Notes: a model not told the origin generated them from the letters alone. A stretch of 64,000 bases of DNA from Myxococcota bacterium (GCA_963676915.2 CAXXVK010000001.1:66328-130327); one strand, 5' to 3'. Numbered from the stretch's first letter, positions 19,460 to 30,160 are shown. A program made the numbers and translations.

Positions 19460-21727
19460 ATGAGTAAACGGGGTTTCGTTTTCCTCATGTTATCTGTGCT
19501 GTTGTTTTTAGGGTGTGCCGAGGATCCTCAGGATAAGGATCATTTGGCAAATACGAACGATCCTACAGGAAAAGATCCAGATAGCAGCGAGTCTTTGTGC
19601 CCAGAAAGTCCACAGTTCAGTCCATGTGGCGAAACTCCTTTGCTAGGGGAACACCCATCGATTTATGTGGATTGTGCTTGCATCGAACCTAAAAAATCGT
19701 GTGTTGGTCAGCCTTGCACATCTATCAGTACCTGTACCTGTGCCAATGCCTATTGTGACACAGACGTTGGGATCTGTCGTTTTGCTTTCGATTACGAACA
19801 TCGGGGAGGGATACGCGATCAATACATTGGGGATGTCGCTGTCAGTGGCAATGGAAAGCTTATCGCCATCTCCTCCGGGGATGTGGTACGGATATTCGAA
19901 ACAAAATCTCAGGAGGAAATCCGCTCCATTTATCCTGTAACGCCAACCGCGCTCACTTTTTCGGAAGATGGCAGGAATTTATACTACGCAGATCGCACAA
20001 TAGATGAAAACTGGAATGTCTACGCCCAAGTGACGCGCTATAGTATCGAAACGGAAACAATAACGAAAGCCGTACAACTACTATTAAAAGATCAAAAAAT
20101 ATTGGGTATGCACCTCTCATCGAATGAGAAATATTTAGTGGTAGCCGGATGTACCAGTAGTTCAGGTAGCCGTCGTATTTTATACTGTGATCAAGCCAAT
20201 ACCCAAATCATCGACCTCGAAACAGAAACGACTTTTTACACAAGAAACTATCAAGACGAATACTTGAGGCAAAACGTCGCTTTCTCGCCATCCGGTAAAC
20301 AAGTTGCGATTGCCGTAAGGGACAACGACGATCGCGAACCGGGTGGGCAGATATTTGTAATGGACCTCGAAAGCCGTGAGGTGCTGTTTGGGTTCAGTCG
20401 TGTCAACATTAGAGATGTTCTTTATTCTCCGGACGGTGCCTGGATCATCACAAGTCGCATTGAAATATCCTCAAAATCTTCCACCGAGACTGTCATTCAC
20501 GCCTATGATTCCCAATCCGGAGAACTTGTGTGGACTCGCCCCGCCATTCGCGACAGCATCGTCCGTCTCGAACCTCTTGTATCGAACAAGATTCTAGGCC
20601 TTGGAAATTCCACGATCTATGAATGGGAAATCGCCGAGAACGGTGCCGAAAAAACGTATGACTTTCCATACTCGATTGGTCGTGAATTCACTCTACTCGA
20701 TACGGAATCCATGACGTTTTTTGGTGTGGAAGCCTATGTCGACAATGCCGGAATTTTCACTCTTGAGGACGAAACCTCCTTTGTATCGATCAATGGAACC
20801 AATTATTCAGCGCTTTTCGGGGAGATTTCTCCCGATGGAGAATGGTATAGCTCTCTGGAAGGCACTCGCCTTCTCGAATGGAATCTTTCTACCGGCAAGA
20901 AACGCTATACCACGCTTCAAGGGGCAAGCCAGGGCAATCCATTGTCTCCATCGAAAGGACCGATTGTTTACGAACCTCAAACCGGGAGGATCGCCCTCGG
21001 CTTCCATGATTCCATCATCGTGCTCGATGATCAACGTAAAGAAGTTGGAACCGTATCGTTCAACTCTGCACAATCCATAGCCTTTTCTGAGGACGGAACG
21101 CAACTTGTCGCTTCCAATCAAGAGGCCACCGTAACGTGGAATCTCGATGAATTCAAACAAACGAATGAGTTCATCTACCCGGAAAAAGTCAACCGTGATC
21201 CCTTCCCGGTAGCTTTATCTGGAGATGGTAACAGAGTAGCTGTTCCCGGAGTCGGATCAGTAATCGTCTACAATGTTGAAGAAGGTACTAAGCTTGTAGA
21301 GTTTCCCGTAATTCCAGACGAGCCTGAATTTGAACCGGGACTTACTATCATTAGTGAAGCATTATCACAACAAGGAACTTACCTGTCTGTTTGTTATATT
21401 CAGGAAGAATATGGTGGAGACAATGATGGAATTCTTTTCAATGTCAGTACTGAAGAGGTGATCGCTAAAACCGGCATATGCGAAGGTCTGGATTTTTCTG
21501 ATGATGAAAAAATCGCAGTCTTTGGCAGTGTTGGAGGGGTATACTTTTTTCAGACATCCAGTGGCGAACGAATCAAGGTTATACAAACTCATTACGATTG
21601 GCTATTGTCTGGACCTTATGATATTGTATCCAGTGTTGCACTGGCTCCGGATCTTTCTTTTTTGGTTTCCGAAGGTTACCCCGGTTCTACAATGATATTT
21701 GACATCTCTGGACTGGGCGAAAAGTAA
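19460..21727 (+). CDS. WD40-like beta-propeller lipoprotein
   Basis: Lipobox FLGC; short Cys-rich N-terminal part; repeated VAFSPSGK, YSPDGAWI, FSEDGTQL, LSGDGNRV blades; DNA more AT-rich than neighbours. Confidence 0.8.
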   Translation: MSKRGFVFLMLSVLLFLGCAEDPQDKDHLANTNDPTGKDPDSSESLCPESPQFSPCGETPLLGEHPSIYVDCACIEPKKSCVGQPCTSISTCTCANAYCDTDVGICRFAFDYEHRGGIRDQYIGDVAVSGNGKLIAISSGDVVRIFETKSQEEIRSIYPVTPTALTFSEDGRNLYYADRTIDENWNVYAQVTRYSIETETITKAVQLLLKDQKILGMHLSSNEKYLVVAGCTSSSGSRRILYCDQANTQIIDLETETTFYTRNYQDEYLRQNVAFSPSGKQVAIAVRDNDDREPGGQIFVMDLESREVLFGFSRVNIRDVLYSPDGAWIITSRIEISSKSSTETVIHAYDSQSGELVWTRPAIRDSIVRLEPLVSNKILGLGNSTIYEWEIAENGAEKTYDFPYSIGREFTLLDTESMTFFGVEAYVDNAGIFTLEDETSFVSINGTNYSALFGEISPDGEWYSSLEGTRLLEWNLSTGKKRYTTLQGASQGNPLSPSKGPIVYEPQTGRIALGFHDSIIVLDDQRKEVGTVSFNSAQSIAFSEDGTQLVASNQEATVTWNLDEFKQTNEFIYPEKVNRDPFPVALSGDGNRVAVPGVGSVIVYNVEEGTKLVEFPVIPDEPEFEPGLTIISEALSQQGTYLSVCYIQEEYGGDNDGILFNVSTEEVIAKTGICEGLDFSDDEKIAVFGSVGGVYFFQTSSGERIKVIQTHYDWLLSGPYDIVSSVALAPDLSFLVSEGYPGSTMIFDISGLGEK

Positions 21728-21840
21728 CATATGAGTAGGTTCAGGCAGAAAAAGCTCTACGGATCGCCCGTCTTCCACTGAAGTTCACGGATCGTCTTCG
21801 CTTTTCTGCGCCCGCCACGATTTCTCAGGAATGTTTCAGC

Positions 21841-22800
21841 CTAAAAATTCGCCGACACGTGGAAAACGAGGGACCACCGTTTCATGTATTTCGACGCTCC
21901 CTCAATCATTTTCAGTTGCACCGGAACTCCCAACCGGGCGGTGATTCTGTCAGTCTGGTAGGCTACACCCGGTGTCAGACCGATTATGGATTCGTCTACC
22001 GGCTCAATATAAAATCGGGCGAAAGTTTCGGCCTGTACGTACAGTCGGTCGATGAGGCGTACCGAAACGGGAACCGTCATGTAAATATCGTAAGACTCGG
22101 TATCCGAAACATACTCCCGGTCTTTTAGAAGAATCCCCAACTTCATCGAAAAAGACATGCCTACGAAAAACCGATCCTGATAGGCATATCCAGCGGAAAT
22201 ATAAGGGTTCAAACCGAACAGATCGGCATCGAAGATTTCTGACCAGTCGTAGTTGGTGAACGACATGTTGAAACCGGCGGAAACCAGGAGCGGACGGGTG
22301 TTGTAAATCGTGAATTGGGGACCGAATTGAAACTTGGAGATGTAGAATAGATCGTCATCGTACGAATCCACGTCGTCGTCGTCGTCCCATTTTGAATCGA
22401 GGGAGCTTCGAAACGCCATGGTCATATCGAACAATAAAGACAGATTGTCCGTAATCGCAAAAGAACCCCCAGGCGTTAGAACGACGTAATGTCGTAATTC
22501 TCTGTCGGCCTTGCACGAAGAGACTGATCCTCCGGAACATGTAATCCCTACAAGGTCATCTATTTGCTGGTACTGGAAATCCAAATAAGCGGATGTGTAA
22601 GAGAACAGGCGATAACTATGGAACGATTCGGGAAACGAGTTGAGATCGAAGCGGGTTTCGACTTCGGTCGATGGAGCCTCTTTTGCGGTAGCTTCGGTTT
22701 CACCGGACGACTCATCGTTTGCGACAACGGGTGGTGCAAACGCCATCAGAAAACATACCACGAGCAATCCCCAGACGTTTCGCGACATTGAGTGCGCCAT
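21841..22800 (-). CDS. Probable outer-membrane beta-barrel protein
   Basis: Signal peptide from MAHSMSRN; alternating aromatic beta-strand pattern; C-terminal Phe (VFHVSANF). Confidence 0.6.
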   Translation of the reverse strand: MAHSMSRNVWGLLVVCFLMAFAPPVVANDESSGETEATAKEAPSTEVETRFDLNSFPESFHSYRLFSYTSAYLDFQYQQIDDLVGITCSGGSVSSCKADRELRHYVVLTPGGSFAITDNLSLLFDMTMAFRSSLDSKWDDDDDVDSYDDDLFYISKFQFGPQFTIYNTRPLLVSAGFNMSFTNYDWSEIFDADLFGLNPYISAGYAYQDRFFVGMSFSMKLGILLKDREYVSDTESYDIYMTVPVSVRLIDRLYVQAETFARFYIEPVDESIIGLTPGVAYQTDRITARLGVPVQLKMIEGASKYMKRWSLVFHVSANF

Positions 22801-22978
22801 ATGACTCTCCTTTGTTTCTCTGATTTTCTGGATAGAAAAAGTATCACGAAACCGGGGTTTCGTCCAAAGGAAATAAAACAACTTTGTGCAACCGGTTGTT
22901 TTCTGTGGAAAAATACAGTAGGTAAAGAGAGACGAACAGAAGAAACAAACGACGCGAGCTTTCGGAAAGGAAGAGGCC

Positions 22979-23746
22979 ATGAAATCGACCGGTTGGGCTA
23001 TCCTGGCGATGATACTGTTTTTGTTGGGAATCGGTGGATGCGACAACAAGCAGGAGCCGCAGCCCGTCGCGAAAGAAGCCAAGAAACCCACCGCCGAACC
23101 TGTGGCCGAAAAAACGAAGCAAGCCGAACCCGAGAAAAAACTGGGAACGTTCGAGATTCCGCCCGATCTGACGCCTATCACCTGTGAAGGAGAACTGGCC
23201 CTCGAAGATATTCCCGATCATCCCGTGTCGGGTGTGATCAACGGTCGCTACCTGATGCCCAACATGGCTTTCGCCAAGGCGTCGAAATTCATGAAGCAGG
23301 TGTCGTTCGATTTCGGTCGGATGAAGCATGTCAAGGAAGATACTCCCTGTTTTTCCACGGGGTTGCAGCTTCGCGCTTCCGTGTATTACAAGCTGGATCG
23401 CGTGCGGCAGGACAAGGATCTCACCGTCCCGGCCGGAACCCACTTTTTCTCCAGCGAAAAGGGTGAAACCACGTTTCTCGCCGCCGGGCAGGACGATGTG
23501 AACAAGACAAAAAAAGCCAAAGATCAATGGCGCTCCTGGTATGTCTTCGAGCAGACCAGCGGCACGCCGATGTCGGTGAATCCTCCTTATTACGGTGTGT
23601 TGGTGCTGGATGAACTGAGTGTGGAAGGCAAGCCGGAGAAACCGTTCGCCGCCGCAGGTCGGGCCAAAGGAAAGATGGCGATTTGCTTCAAAGATCAAAG
23701 CGGAAGCTGGCTCGCCGGAACGTTCGACATGCCGGTTTGTCGCTGA
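22979..23746 (+). CDS. Hypothetical lipoprotein
   Basis: Lipobox IGGC, Pro/Lys/Glu-rich linker, 255 aa. Confidence 0.65.
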   Translation: MKSTGWAILAMILFLLGIGGCDNKQEPQPVAKEAKKPTAEPVAEKTKQAEPEKKLGTFEIPPDLTPITCEGELALEDIPDHPVSGVINGRYLMPNMAFAKASKFMKQVSFDFGRMKHVKEDTPCFSTGLQLRASVYYKLDRVRQDKDLTVPAGTHFFSSEKGETTFLAAGQDDVNKTKKAKDQWRSWYVFEQTSGTPMSVNPPYYGVLVLDELSVEGKPEKPFAAAGRAKGKMAICFKDQSGSWLAGTFDMPVCR

Positions 23747-23768
23747 TTTTCCGACCCGGCAGTATTCG

Positions 23769-25496
23769 ATGCGATTTCGATCCCAACGGACCCCTTTTTC
23801 ACGACTTTTCGTGCTTCTTGCCGGAATCTGGCTGTTTCCGCTTTTCGTTCATGCCGGGTACGTCGATCACTTCGCCGTGAAAGACGATATCGGCAAATTC
23901 AAGGTGCCGAGATTCGGAGAATCGCACGTCTTGGTGGTGCCGGTCAATCTCGACACCCGCAAACGTCCGCGTGTCGATCCTGGTGCTTTTGAGCGCTTTT
24001 ATTCTCCGAAAACAAACGGTGTGAATTTTTCCGACTATTACGCCGTCGCTTCCGGTGGACGTTTTCGCCCGATCCCTATCGTTGCCGATCCGGTCGAATG
24101 GAACGATTGCCCGCTATTGCCCTATCAGCAGGAGCGTTGCACTCCGCTCCGCCGCGACCCGACGGCGCTTTTTACCGCTCAACGACTCGTTCGCGATATC
24201 CTGGAACGCCTCGATGCCCGAGGCTTCGATTTTCGCAGCATCGACCGTAACGGTCCCGGTGGAAAACCCGATGGATGGGCCGATGGGGTGGTGATCGTCA
24301 CCAATATGGACTGGTTCGGCGTCGCGTTTCCCTTTGGGATGATTGCCGAGGAAATCGCCGGTACTTCCGAAGAGATTCCCGCATTTGACGGCGTTCGTAT
24401 CGGTGCTGTAGCGATCTCCGCCGGTCCTCGCGCCCTTCGGATGAGCATTCACGAGTTCGGTCACTTGTTGGGGTTGGCGGATCTCTACGATGAATGGAAA
24501 CGCACTTACGGTGGCGCTTTTAGCCCGATGGGAGGCTGGCGGTACTGGTACAGTCCGCCCGTCTTCGATGCCTTCAGCCGCTATCAATTAAGTTGGGGGG
24601 ATCCGGTGCAGGTGGAGGGTTGCCGCAGGGTGACGATTCCTCCGGCGGCTAGCACGGGTCGAATGTACAAGCTCGGAGTGGGGAAGGAATATTTCCTTGT
24701 GGAAAACCGGGTTGTTACAGGTCATTATGACGGACAGTTTCATGAACCGGGTCTGGCAGTTTACCACGTCAACCTGCAACGGCTTCCCGAAAAAACGTCG
24801 GAGAACCTGGCCTTCGTGCGGCATGTGATCGACTGTCCCAACTGCGATCCCTGGAAACCGCTGGTGCGCAACGTGCAGGCCGACCGACGACACGACCTGC
24901 AACACCGATATCGTGGTATCCGGGGAGAAAGCCGCGATCTCTTCCGCACGGGAGACGCACTCTTGCCGCGCTCCCGGATGCTTCCGAGAGGCTATACCAA
25001 CGAATACGAGTCCAGCAACGACACTCAGGGACGTCCGACTGGGATTTCGGTGACGGATATCGACTCGGACAGCCAATCGCCCGACGTGGTGGCGACGCTT
25101 TGCGCCCCCTATCTCGACGATCCCTGCGCCGACCTTGCCTGTCCTCCCGATAGCCGATGTTTCGAAGGCGCTTGCCTGGAGCTTTCCGAAGAGGAATCGT
25201 TCGAAAGCTATGCCGGAGTTCCGCTGTCGAATTCCAAACGCCTCCTCGATACGGACTTTCCGGCTTCGTGGCTGCGAGCCGTGGTCAGCCCTCTCTTATC
25301 CCATGCTTTGCCGCGAAGCGACGCCACCGGCTGTCGAAGTTCCGGGATGGGCTGTGATGATCCGGGACTGGACTGGCGGCTGCTGTCGTTCGTGCCGTTG
25401 ATCGTCTGGCTGCTGGTGCGCCGTCGTCTGAGAGACGCCTTCGAAACGCGCAAAGGAATGAAATCAAAGGAAAACGAGGAATCTTCCGACTCGTAG
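23769..25496 (+). CDS. M6-family (immune inhibitor A-like) metallopeptidase with MYXO-CTERM-like tail
   Basis: HEFGHLLGLADLYD, FSPMGGW, EYFLVENR; C-terminus GCRSSG...WRLLSFVPLIVWLLVRRR. Confidence 0.8.
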   Translation: MRFRSQRTPFSRLFVLLAGIWLFPLFVHAGYVDHFAVKDDIGKFKVPRFGESHVLVVPVNLDTRKRPRVDPGAFERFYSPKTNGVNFSDYYAVASGGRFRPIPIVADPVEWNDCPLLPYQQERCTPLRRDPTALFTAQRLVRDILERLDARGFDFRSIDRNGPGGKPDGWADGVVIVTNMDWFGVAFPFGMIAEEIAGTSEEIPAFDGVRIGAVAISAGPRALRMSIHEFGHLLGLADLYDEWKRTYGGAFSPMGGWRYWYSPPVFDAFSRYQLSWGDPVQVEGCRRVTIPPAASTGRMYKLGVGKEYFLVENRVVTGHYDGQFHEPGLAVYHVNLQRLPEKTSENLAFVRHVIDCPNCDPWKPLVRNVQADRRHDLQHRYRGIRGESRDLFRTGDALLPRSRMLPRGYTNEYESSNDTQGRPTGISVTDIDSDSQSPDVVATLCAPYLDDPCADLACPPDSRCFEGACLELSEEESFESYAGVPLSNSKRLLDTDFPASWLRAVVSPLLSHALPRSDATGCRSSGMGCDDPGLDWRLLSFVPLIVWLLVRRRLRDAFETRKGMKSKENEESSDS

Positions 25497-25554
25497 AAAA
25501 TGAAATGGAAGAACGATTTTAAACTGAAATTTCCCTATGGAGAATGTCCCGACA

Positions 25555-26106
25555 ATGAGTGAACAACATGTAACCATTCGTGAAACCACGGACGAAGACC
25601 TTGAAAATATTCTGGAAATCGAACGTCTTGCCTTTGGCGAGGAAGACGAGGCCGAGCTAACGAAAAACCTGTTGCACGACCCGACCGCCGAACCTCGGGT
25701 TTCGCTGCTGGCCTGGGAAAACGATCGACCGGTAGGGCACGTTCTGTTCACCGCCGTTCGACTGAATCCCGACCGACCGGAGATTGTCTGTTCGGAGTTG
25801 GCACCGCTGGCCGTCTTGCCGGAGAAACAAAAACAGGAAATCGGTGGTGCACTGATTCGCAAAGGGTTGGAAATCCTGAAAGAACGCGGAACCGACCTCG
25901 TGTTCGTTCTGGGTCATCCCAGCTATTACCCGCGCCATGGTTTTCATCCGTCCGGCGTTCAAGGAATCGACGCCCCTTATCCGATTCCCGCCAAAGATGC
26001 CGATGCCTGGATGGTCCAGGAGTTGCGTTCCGGTGTGCTGGGTTCCGTACAAGGCAAAGTGGTTTGTGCGAAAACCTTGGATCGTCCCGAATATTGGCGG
26101 GAGTGA
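25555..26106 (+). CDS. GNAT N-acetyltransferase (YhbS-like)
   Basis: IRETTDED, VGHVLFT, LAPLAVLPEKQKQEIGGALI, VLGHPSYYPRHGF. Confidence 0.9.
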   Translation: MSEQHVTIRETTDEDLENILEIERLAFGEEDEAELTKNLLHDPTAEPRVSLLAWENDRPVGHVLFTAVRLNPDRPEIVCSELAPLAVLPEKQKQEIGGALIRKGLEILKERGTDLVFVLGHPSYYPRHGFHPSGVQGIDAPYPIPAKDADAWMVQELRSGVLGSVQGKVVCAKTLDRPEYWRE

Positions 26107-26134
26107 AAAGGTCGGGCTACCAAAATGATCCGGG

Positions 26135-27496
26135 TTATGGATCCAATGGGTCGGAAGGGTCGGCATAGAGGCTCGTAGGATCGACCAGCATACAGGTGTC
26201 CGTCGTACTCCGTTCCATGACCGAGCGATAGGGCAGGTAACCCAATTCATCCAGGCAACGACCATCGAGCATGTACGAGATATACATGCTCTGAGCCATA
26301 TCGGTGGTGACAAGCACCGGTTTCTCGCCGGGAATCCCGTAACGCAAAATCAATCGCGTGGCGTTGCGAAGATTTGTCGTGGTATGCCGGGCGTGGGGGT
26401 CGATCAACAAAGCGGATTCCGGGAGGTTGTGGGTTTCCATCAGGTAGCTTTTCATCTCGACGGCTTCCGCGTACAACGTGCGATCCGGGTGAACGTGCCC
26501 GCCCGAAGTGAGAATCAGCGGCGCCAGTCCTGCGTTATAACGTTCCGCCGCGAGATCGCAACGCAACGCTCCGGCAGGGTCCAGCGCTTCTTCGTAGTTA
26601 TCCGGTCCTTTGCCCGGAACGAGAATCACGCTGTAGGGGTAGCGATCCCAGTCGATATCCTGCAAAGCAGCCAAAGCGGCAGCGTTGGCGCCTTCTTCCA
26701 TGGGTTCGTAGCGTCCGGCTTCGTCCCGGTCACGGGCTTCCATTACGATTCGAGTGGTCCATGCCAGCGGTTCATAAAACAGCAGGTCGCCGGGATGCTC
26801 TTCGGAAAGCGTTTGAATGGCGCTTAGCAGGTCGACTGCTCCCATTTCCCGCGCATTGCCGTCAAAAGCTTCATGCAATCCTGCCACGGTGATGCGAAAC
26901 ACGCGATCGATCAACTCGCCGTCGGTCAGGTCGTCGTACAACAGAAAACGACCGCTGGGACGCAGATGATTTCCCGCCAGGTCGAATTCCCCGGAAGTAA
27001 AAACCCTCGCCAATGCCGCACTTATCGTGTCTCGGTCGGACTCTGAAAAGGTCAGGTTGTCGATGATACAATCCAGGTCTTCATCACAAGCGGCGGCATC
27101 GCGCAACGCTTGGGTGCGAGCCTGTGAAAAAGCGGTCAATTCCGTATCGTTTTGCATCAAAGACCGCAAATCTTCCACCTGATCGAACAGTGTCAACAGG
27201 TAGTAGTTTTTATCGAACGTGGGATTTCCAGTCGTCAACAGGGCATAGTCCGGGTCGAAAGAACCGGTATCATAGGGAACATCGGAGCTGCAACCGGTTG
27301 GAAGCAAGTCTTCGAACTCAGGATCTACATTCCAACCCGCCTCGCCTGGTTCCTCGTCGATATCTCCGTTTTCGATCTCGGCACTTTCGCTGTTGTCGAG
27401 ATCGCCGACGGATGTTGAGGAGTCGGAGTCTTCGCCACAACCGAAAACCACCGAAATCGCCCACAGGCAAACAAGCCAATATCCAACGAAACGCAT
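26135..27496 (-). CDS. Lipoprotein with YdcF/DUF218 domain
   Basis: Lipobox VFGC; ILVPGKG, ILTSGGHVHP, EAVEMKSYL, IDPHARHTTTNLRN, LVTTD. Confidence 0.8.
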   Translation of the reverse strand: MRFVGYWLVCLWAISVVFGCGEDSDSSTSVGDLDNSESAEIENGDIDEEPGEAGWNVDPEFEDLLPTGCSSDVPYDTGSFDPDYALLTTGNPTFDKNYYLLTLFDQVEDLRSLMQNDTELTAFSQARTQALRDAAACDEDLDCIIDNLTFSESDRDTISAALARVFTSGEFDLAGNHLRPSGRFLLYDDLTDGELIDRVFRITVAGLHEAFDGNAREMGAVDLLSAIQTLSEEHPGDLLFYEPLAWTTRIVMEARDRDEAGRYEPMEEGANAAALAALQDIDWDRYPYSVILVPGKGPDNYEEALDPAGALRCDLAAERYNAGLAPLILTSGGHVHPDRTLYAEAVEMKSYLMETHNLPESALLIDPHARHTTTNLRNATRLILRYGIPGEKPVLVTTDMAQSMYISYMLDGRCLDELGYLPYRSVMERSTTDTCMLVDPTSLYADPSDPLDP

Positions 27497-27779
27497 GGGT
27501 TTATCCTGTTCCAATTAGGTATGAATGGAAAGCCGTTTTGTCCGTTATACCTTTTTTTCAAACCGAGATGCGAACGATTTCGTATTGTTAACGGATTTCC
27601 AATTTGCAAGACATCAAGAAAGAATTTCTCCGGCATCGAATGGAAAGACATGATCGAATATCGGATGAAACGAAAAAATGAAAAACGCTGGCGCGACGTT
27701 TGAAAACTGGTATACTGAATCGACGAAAATGGTCTTCCATTCTGAAGGTGTGAAACGTGGAATGCTTGAGAAATAGGAT

Positions 27780-28060
27780 TCATGGACCAAAACCTCCATG
27801 GTTTCGGAAGCTTCCGGCGGTTTTGCACAAAAGAATCGGGAAACGTTGTGGAAAGTCCGATGTTTTTCACAATTTCGTGCAGGTTTTCAACGATAGTTTG
27901 GGGAATCCACGATCGAAGTGAAAAGCGAAACGAGTTTTCAACTTTCCTCTTGTAGGGAAAAATCAAATGGATTAGAATGGATAACCGCTTTTTCCAGAAA
28001 TCCACAATCCCTACTGTGACGACTAAATTTTATTTAGTATAGGATATAAGAATAGAGAAC
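27780..28060 (+). other. Putative replication origin oriC
   Basis: Non-coding gap upstream of dnaN with DnaA-box-like 9-mers (TGTGGAAAG 27847, ATGGATAAC 27977); overlapping boxes TTTTCCAGA/AAATCCACA 27990-28006, then CCC, TAC-TGT-GAC-GAC-TAA trios and an AT-rich run. Confidence 0.7.
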
Positions 28061-28075
28061 CCGAGAGGTGATTGA

Positions 28076-29185
28076 ATGATCGGTTGCAAAATAGCCAAAG
28101 ATGCCTTGCAAAGAGGCTTGGCAAGAATCCAGGGTATCATCAACCCCCGTTCGCCCATGCCCATTTTGGCCAACGTGTTGCTCAGTACCGAAGAAGACGG
28201 TTTTCTGGTGCTCGTTGGTACGGATATCGATCACTTCCTTGAAGGGCGATACGAAAGCGAAATTCTCAGTGCAGGTTCGGTTTGTCTCCCGGCCAAGGAA
28301 TTGTTCGAAATCGTCAAGAACATGCCACAGGGAGATATCCAACTCGAACAGACCGAAGACCACACGGTCGCGATTTCGAGTGGAAAAATCGAATTCAAAC
28401 TTCGTGCCTTTCCTGCTACCGATTTTCCGGTTCTGCCCCCAAGCGGCGAAGTCGGATATACCAGGGTAACGCGAGAAGCTTTTTTGCAGATGATTTCGCG
28501 GACGCTGTTTTCGGTGGCGATGGATGACCCGAGAATTTTCCTCACCGGCATCAATTTCGAACGCCTGGATGAGAAAAAGTTCCGAATGGTCAGTACGGAC
28601 GGTCACCGTCTGAGCCTGTGCGACGGTGAATTCGCCGAAGACATGGAAATGGAAAAGAAGGTCATTCTACCGAGAAAAGGTATGACCGAGCTGAAAAAGC
28701 TACTGGAGGAAGATGACGAAGACATCGACTTCGGCATCAAAGGGTCGAGTGCATTTGTCGCCAAAAAGAACCTGCTGTTCATCATGCGATTGATCGAAGG
28801 TGAATATCCCGACTACACGATGGTGATTCCTCACGAACCAAACGTGTTTATCGATCTGGACAAACTCGTGTTCGCCAATGCATTGCGTCGCGTCTCGTTG
28901 ATGTCGGCCCAGCGTTCGCAAGGCGTCAAACTGACATTTTTGCCGGGAATGATCGAAATCACCTCGCAAGATCCCGAACGCGGATTTGCCAAGGAAACAC
29001 TGGTGGTCGATTACGACGGCGAGGAAATAGAAATCGGTTTCAATGCCAAGTATTTTATGGAAGCCTTGAACAATATCGAAGGCGAGCAAGCGGTACTGAA
29101 ACTTTCCGGTAAATTGGCTCCTTGCATCGTGACGGCCAAAGATAATGAAGAATACTTCTTCGTGATTATGCCCGTACGATTCTGA
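28076..29185 (+). CDS. dnaN: DNA polymerase III beta sliding clamp
   Basis: PILANVLL, VSTDGHRL, RLIEGEYPDY, IGFNAKY, VIMPVRF. Confidence 0.97.
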   Translation: MIGCKIAKDALQRGLARIQGIINPRSPMPILANVLLSTEEDGFLVLVGTDIDHFLEGRYESEILSAGSVCLPAKELFEIVKNMPQGDIQLEQTEDHTVAISSGKIEFKLRAFPATDFPVLPPSGEVGYTRVTREAFLQMISRTLFSVAMDDPRIFLTGINFERLDEKKFRMVSTDGHRLSLCDGEFAEDMEMEKKVILPRKGMTELKKLLEEDDEDIDFGIKGSSAFVAKKNLLFIMRLIEGEYPDYTMVIPHEPNVFIDLDKLVFANALRRVSLMSAQRSQGVKLTFLPGMIEITSQDPERGFAKETLVVDYDGEEIEIGFNAKYFMEALNNIEGEQAVLKLSGKLAPCIVTAKDNEEYFFVIMPVRF

Positions 29186-29374
29186 CAAAGCATCCAACAT
29201 TTCACGAAAGGTCGGGACATTTCCCGGCCTTTTGTTTTTTTTGCGTGAAAGGTTGGAAAAACGACCGGACGATAGACGACGTGAACCGTGGATTTTCCTA
29301 AAGATTTGTGCTTTACTTGAAAACACGGAAACTGGAAGATCGGGAACGCAACATCGATACGAGGAGAATGGAAG

Positions 29375-30160
29375 GTGAAAAAATCGTCGATCATCATTGC
29401 AACCGTTTTGACGCTTTTTTTCCTTTTCGGAGGCTGTGACGAAAAGAAAAAGTCGTCGGACGAAAACATCCCGGAGGCATTGAATCAACCGATCGGTGCA
29501 AGAAACATCGAAGAAAAGAAAAATCCCGCCGATTCGACGTCCCAGAGTATCTACGAACCTCCACCAAAACATTACAAGGTTTTAGATATCGATCGCCGGT
29601 TCGTGCTTTTCGTTCCGGAAAAAATGGATATCAAAGCGTTCAATCGTGATGAAATCTATTTTTCCCGAACCAAAGCGGGGATCGAATACCTGCAACGGGT
29701 GGAGATTCAGGAAAAAATTCTGAAAAAAGGGGAAAAAGCGAAAAATACCATTGTAGGGTTGTTCGAATCCTACAAAGACAATCCAGGATATACCACCACG
29801 AAATCCAGCCGGATCGGATGGCCGTTCGTACCGGGAGCGGAAGTCTGGCAGGTTCGCGGACGATGGCAGGCCAACGAAAATCGACTGGAGTGGTTGTCGG
29901 TGATTGCGTTCGAAAAGAACGATCGTCTGTTGTTATTCACGGCTCGGCAGGATTCGACGCGGTTCGGAATTTTCGACGAATTCCTGATGGATTTGCACGA
30001 CCGTATGCTGCCGCCGCCGGAAGGTGGATTTCCGGTGGAGTATCGGAAAGATTGCAAGACTTTCCCCAAAACGCTGCCGGGATCTTTCGTTCCTGCGGAT
30101 AAAATGGCAGAAAAACTAAAAAGCTCAAAGAAGACCGAAACGGACGAGAAAAGCCAGTGA
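29375..30160 (+). CDS. Hypothetical lipoprotein
   Basis: Lipobox FGGC; 261 aa; 3' end overlaps the convergent permease by 36 bp. Confidence 0.65.
   Translation: MKKSSIIIATVLTLFFLFGGCDEKKKSSDENIPEALNQPIGARNIEEKKNPADSTSQSIYEPPPKHYKVLDIDRRFVLFVPEKMDIKAFNRDEIYFSRTKAGIEYLQRVEIQEKILKKGEKAKNTIVGLFESYKDNPGYTTTKSSRIGWPFVPGAEVWQVRGRWQANENRLEWLSVIAFEKNDRLLLFTARQDSTRFGIFDEFLMDLHDRMLPPPEGGFPVEYRKDCKTFPKTLPGSFVPADKMAEKLKSSKKTETDEKSQ

Noticed and set aside
27749-27764. Fourth parS site (TGTGAAACGTGGAATG)
   Set aside because: Too many mismatches to the palindrome
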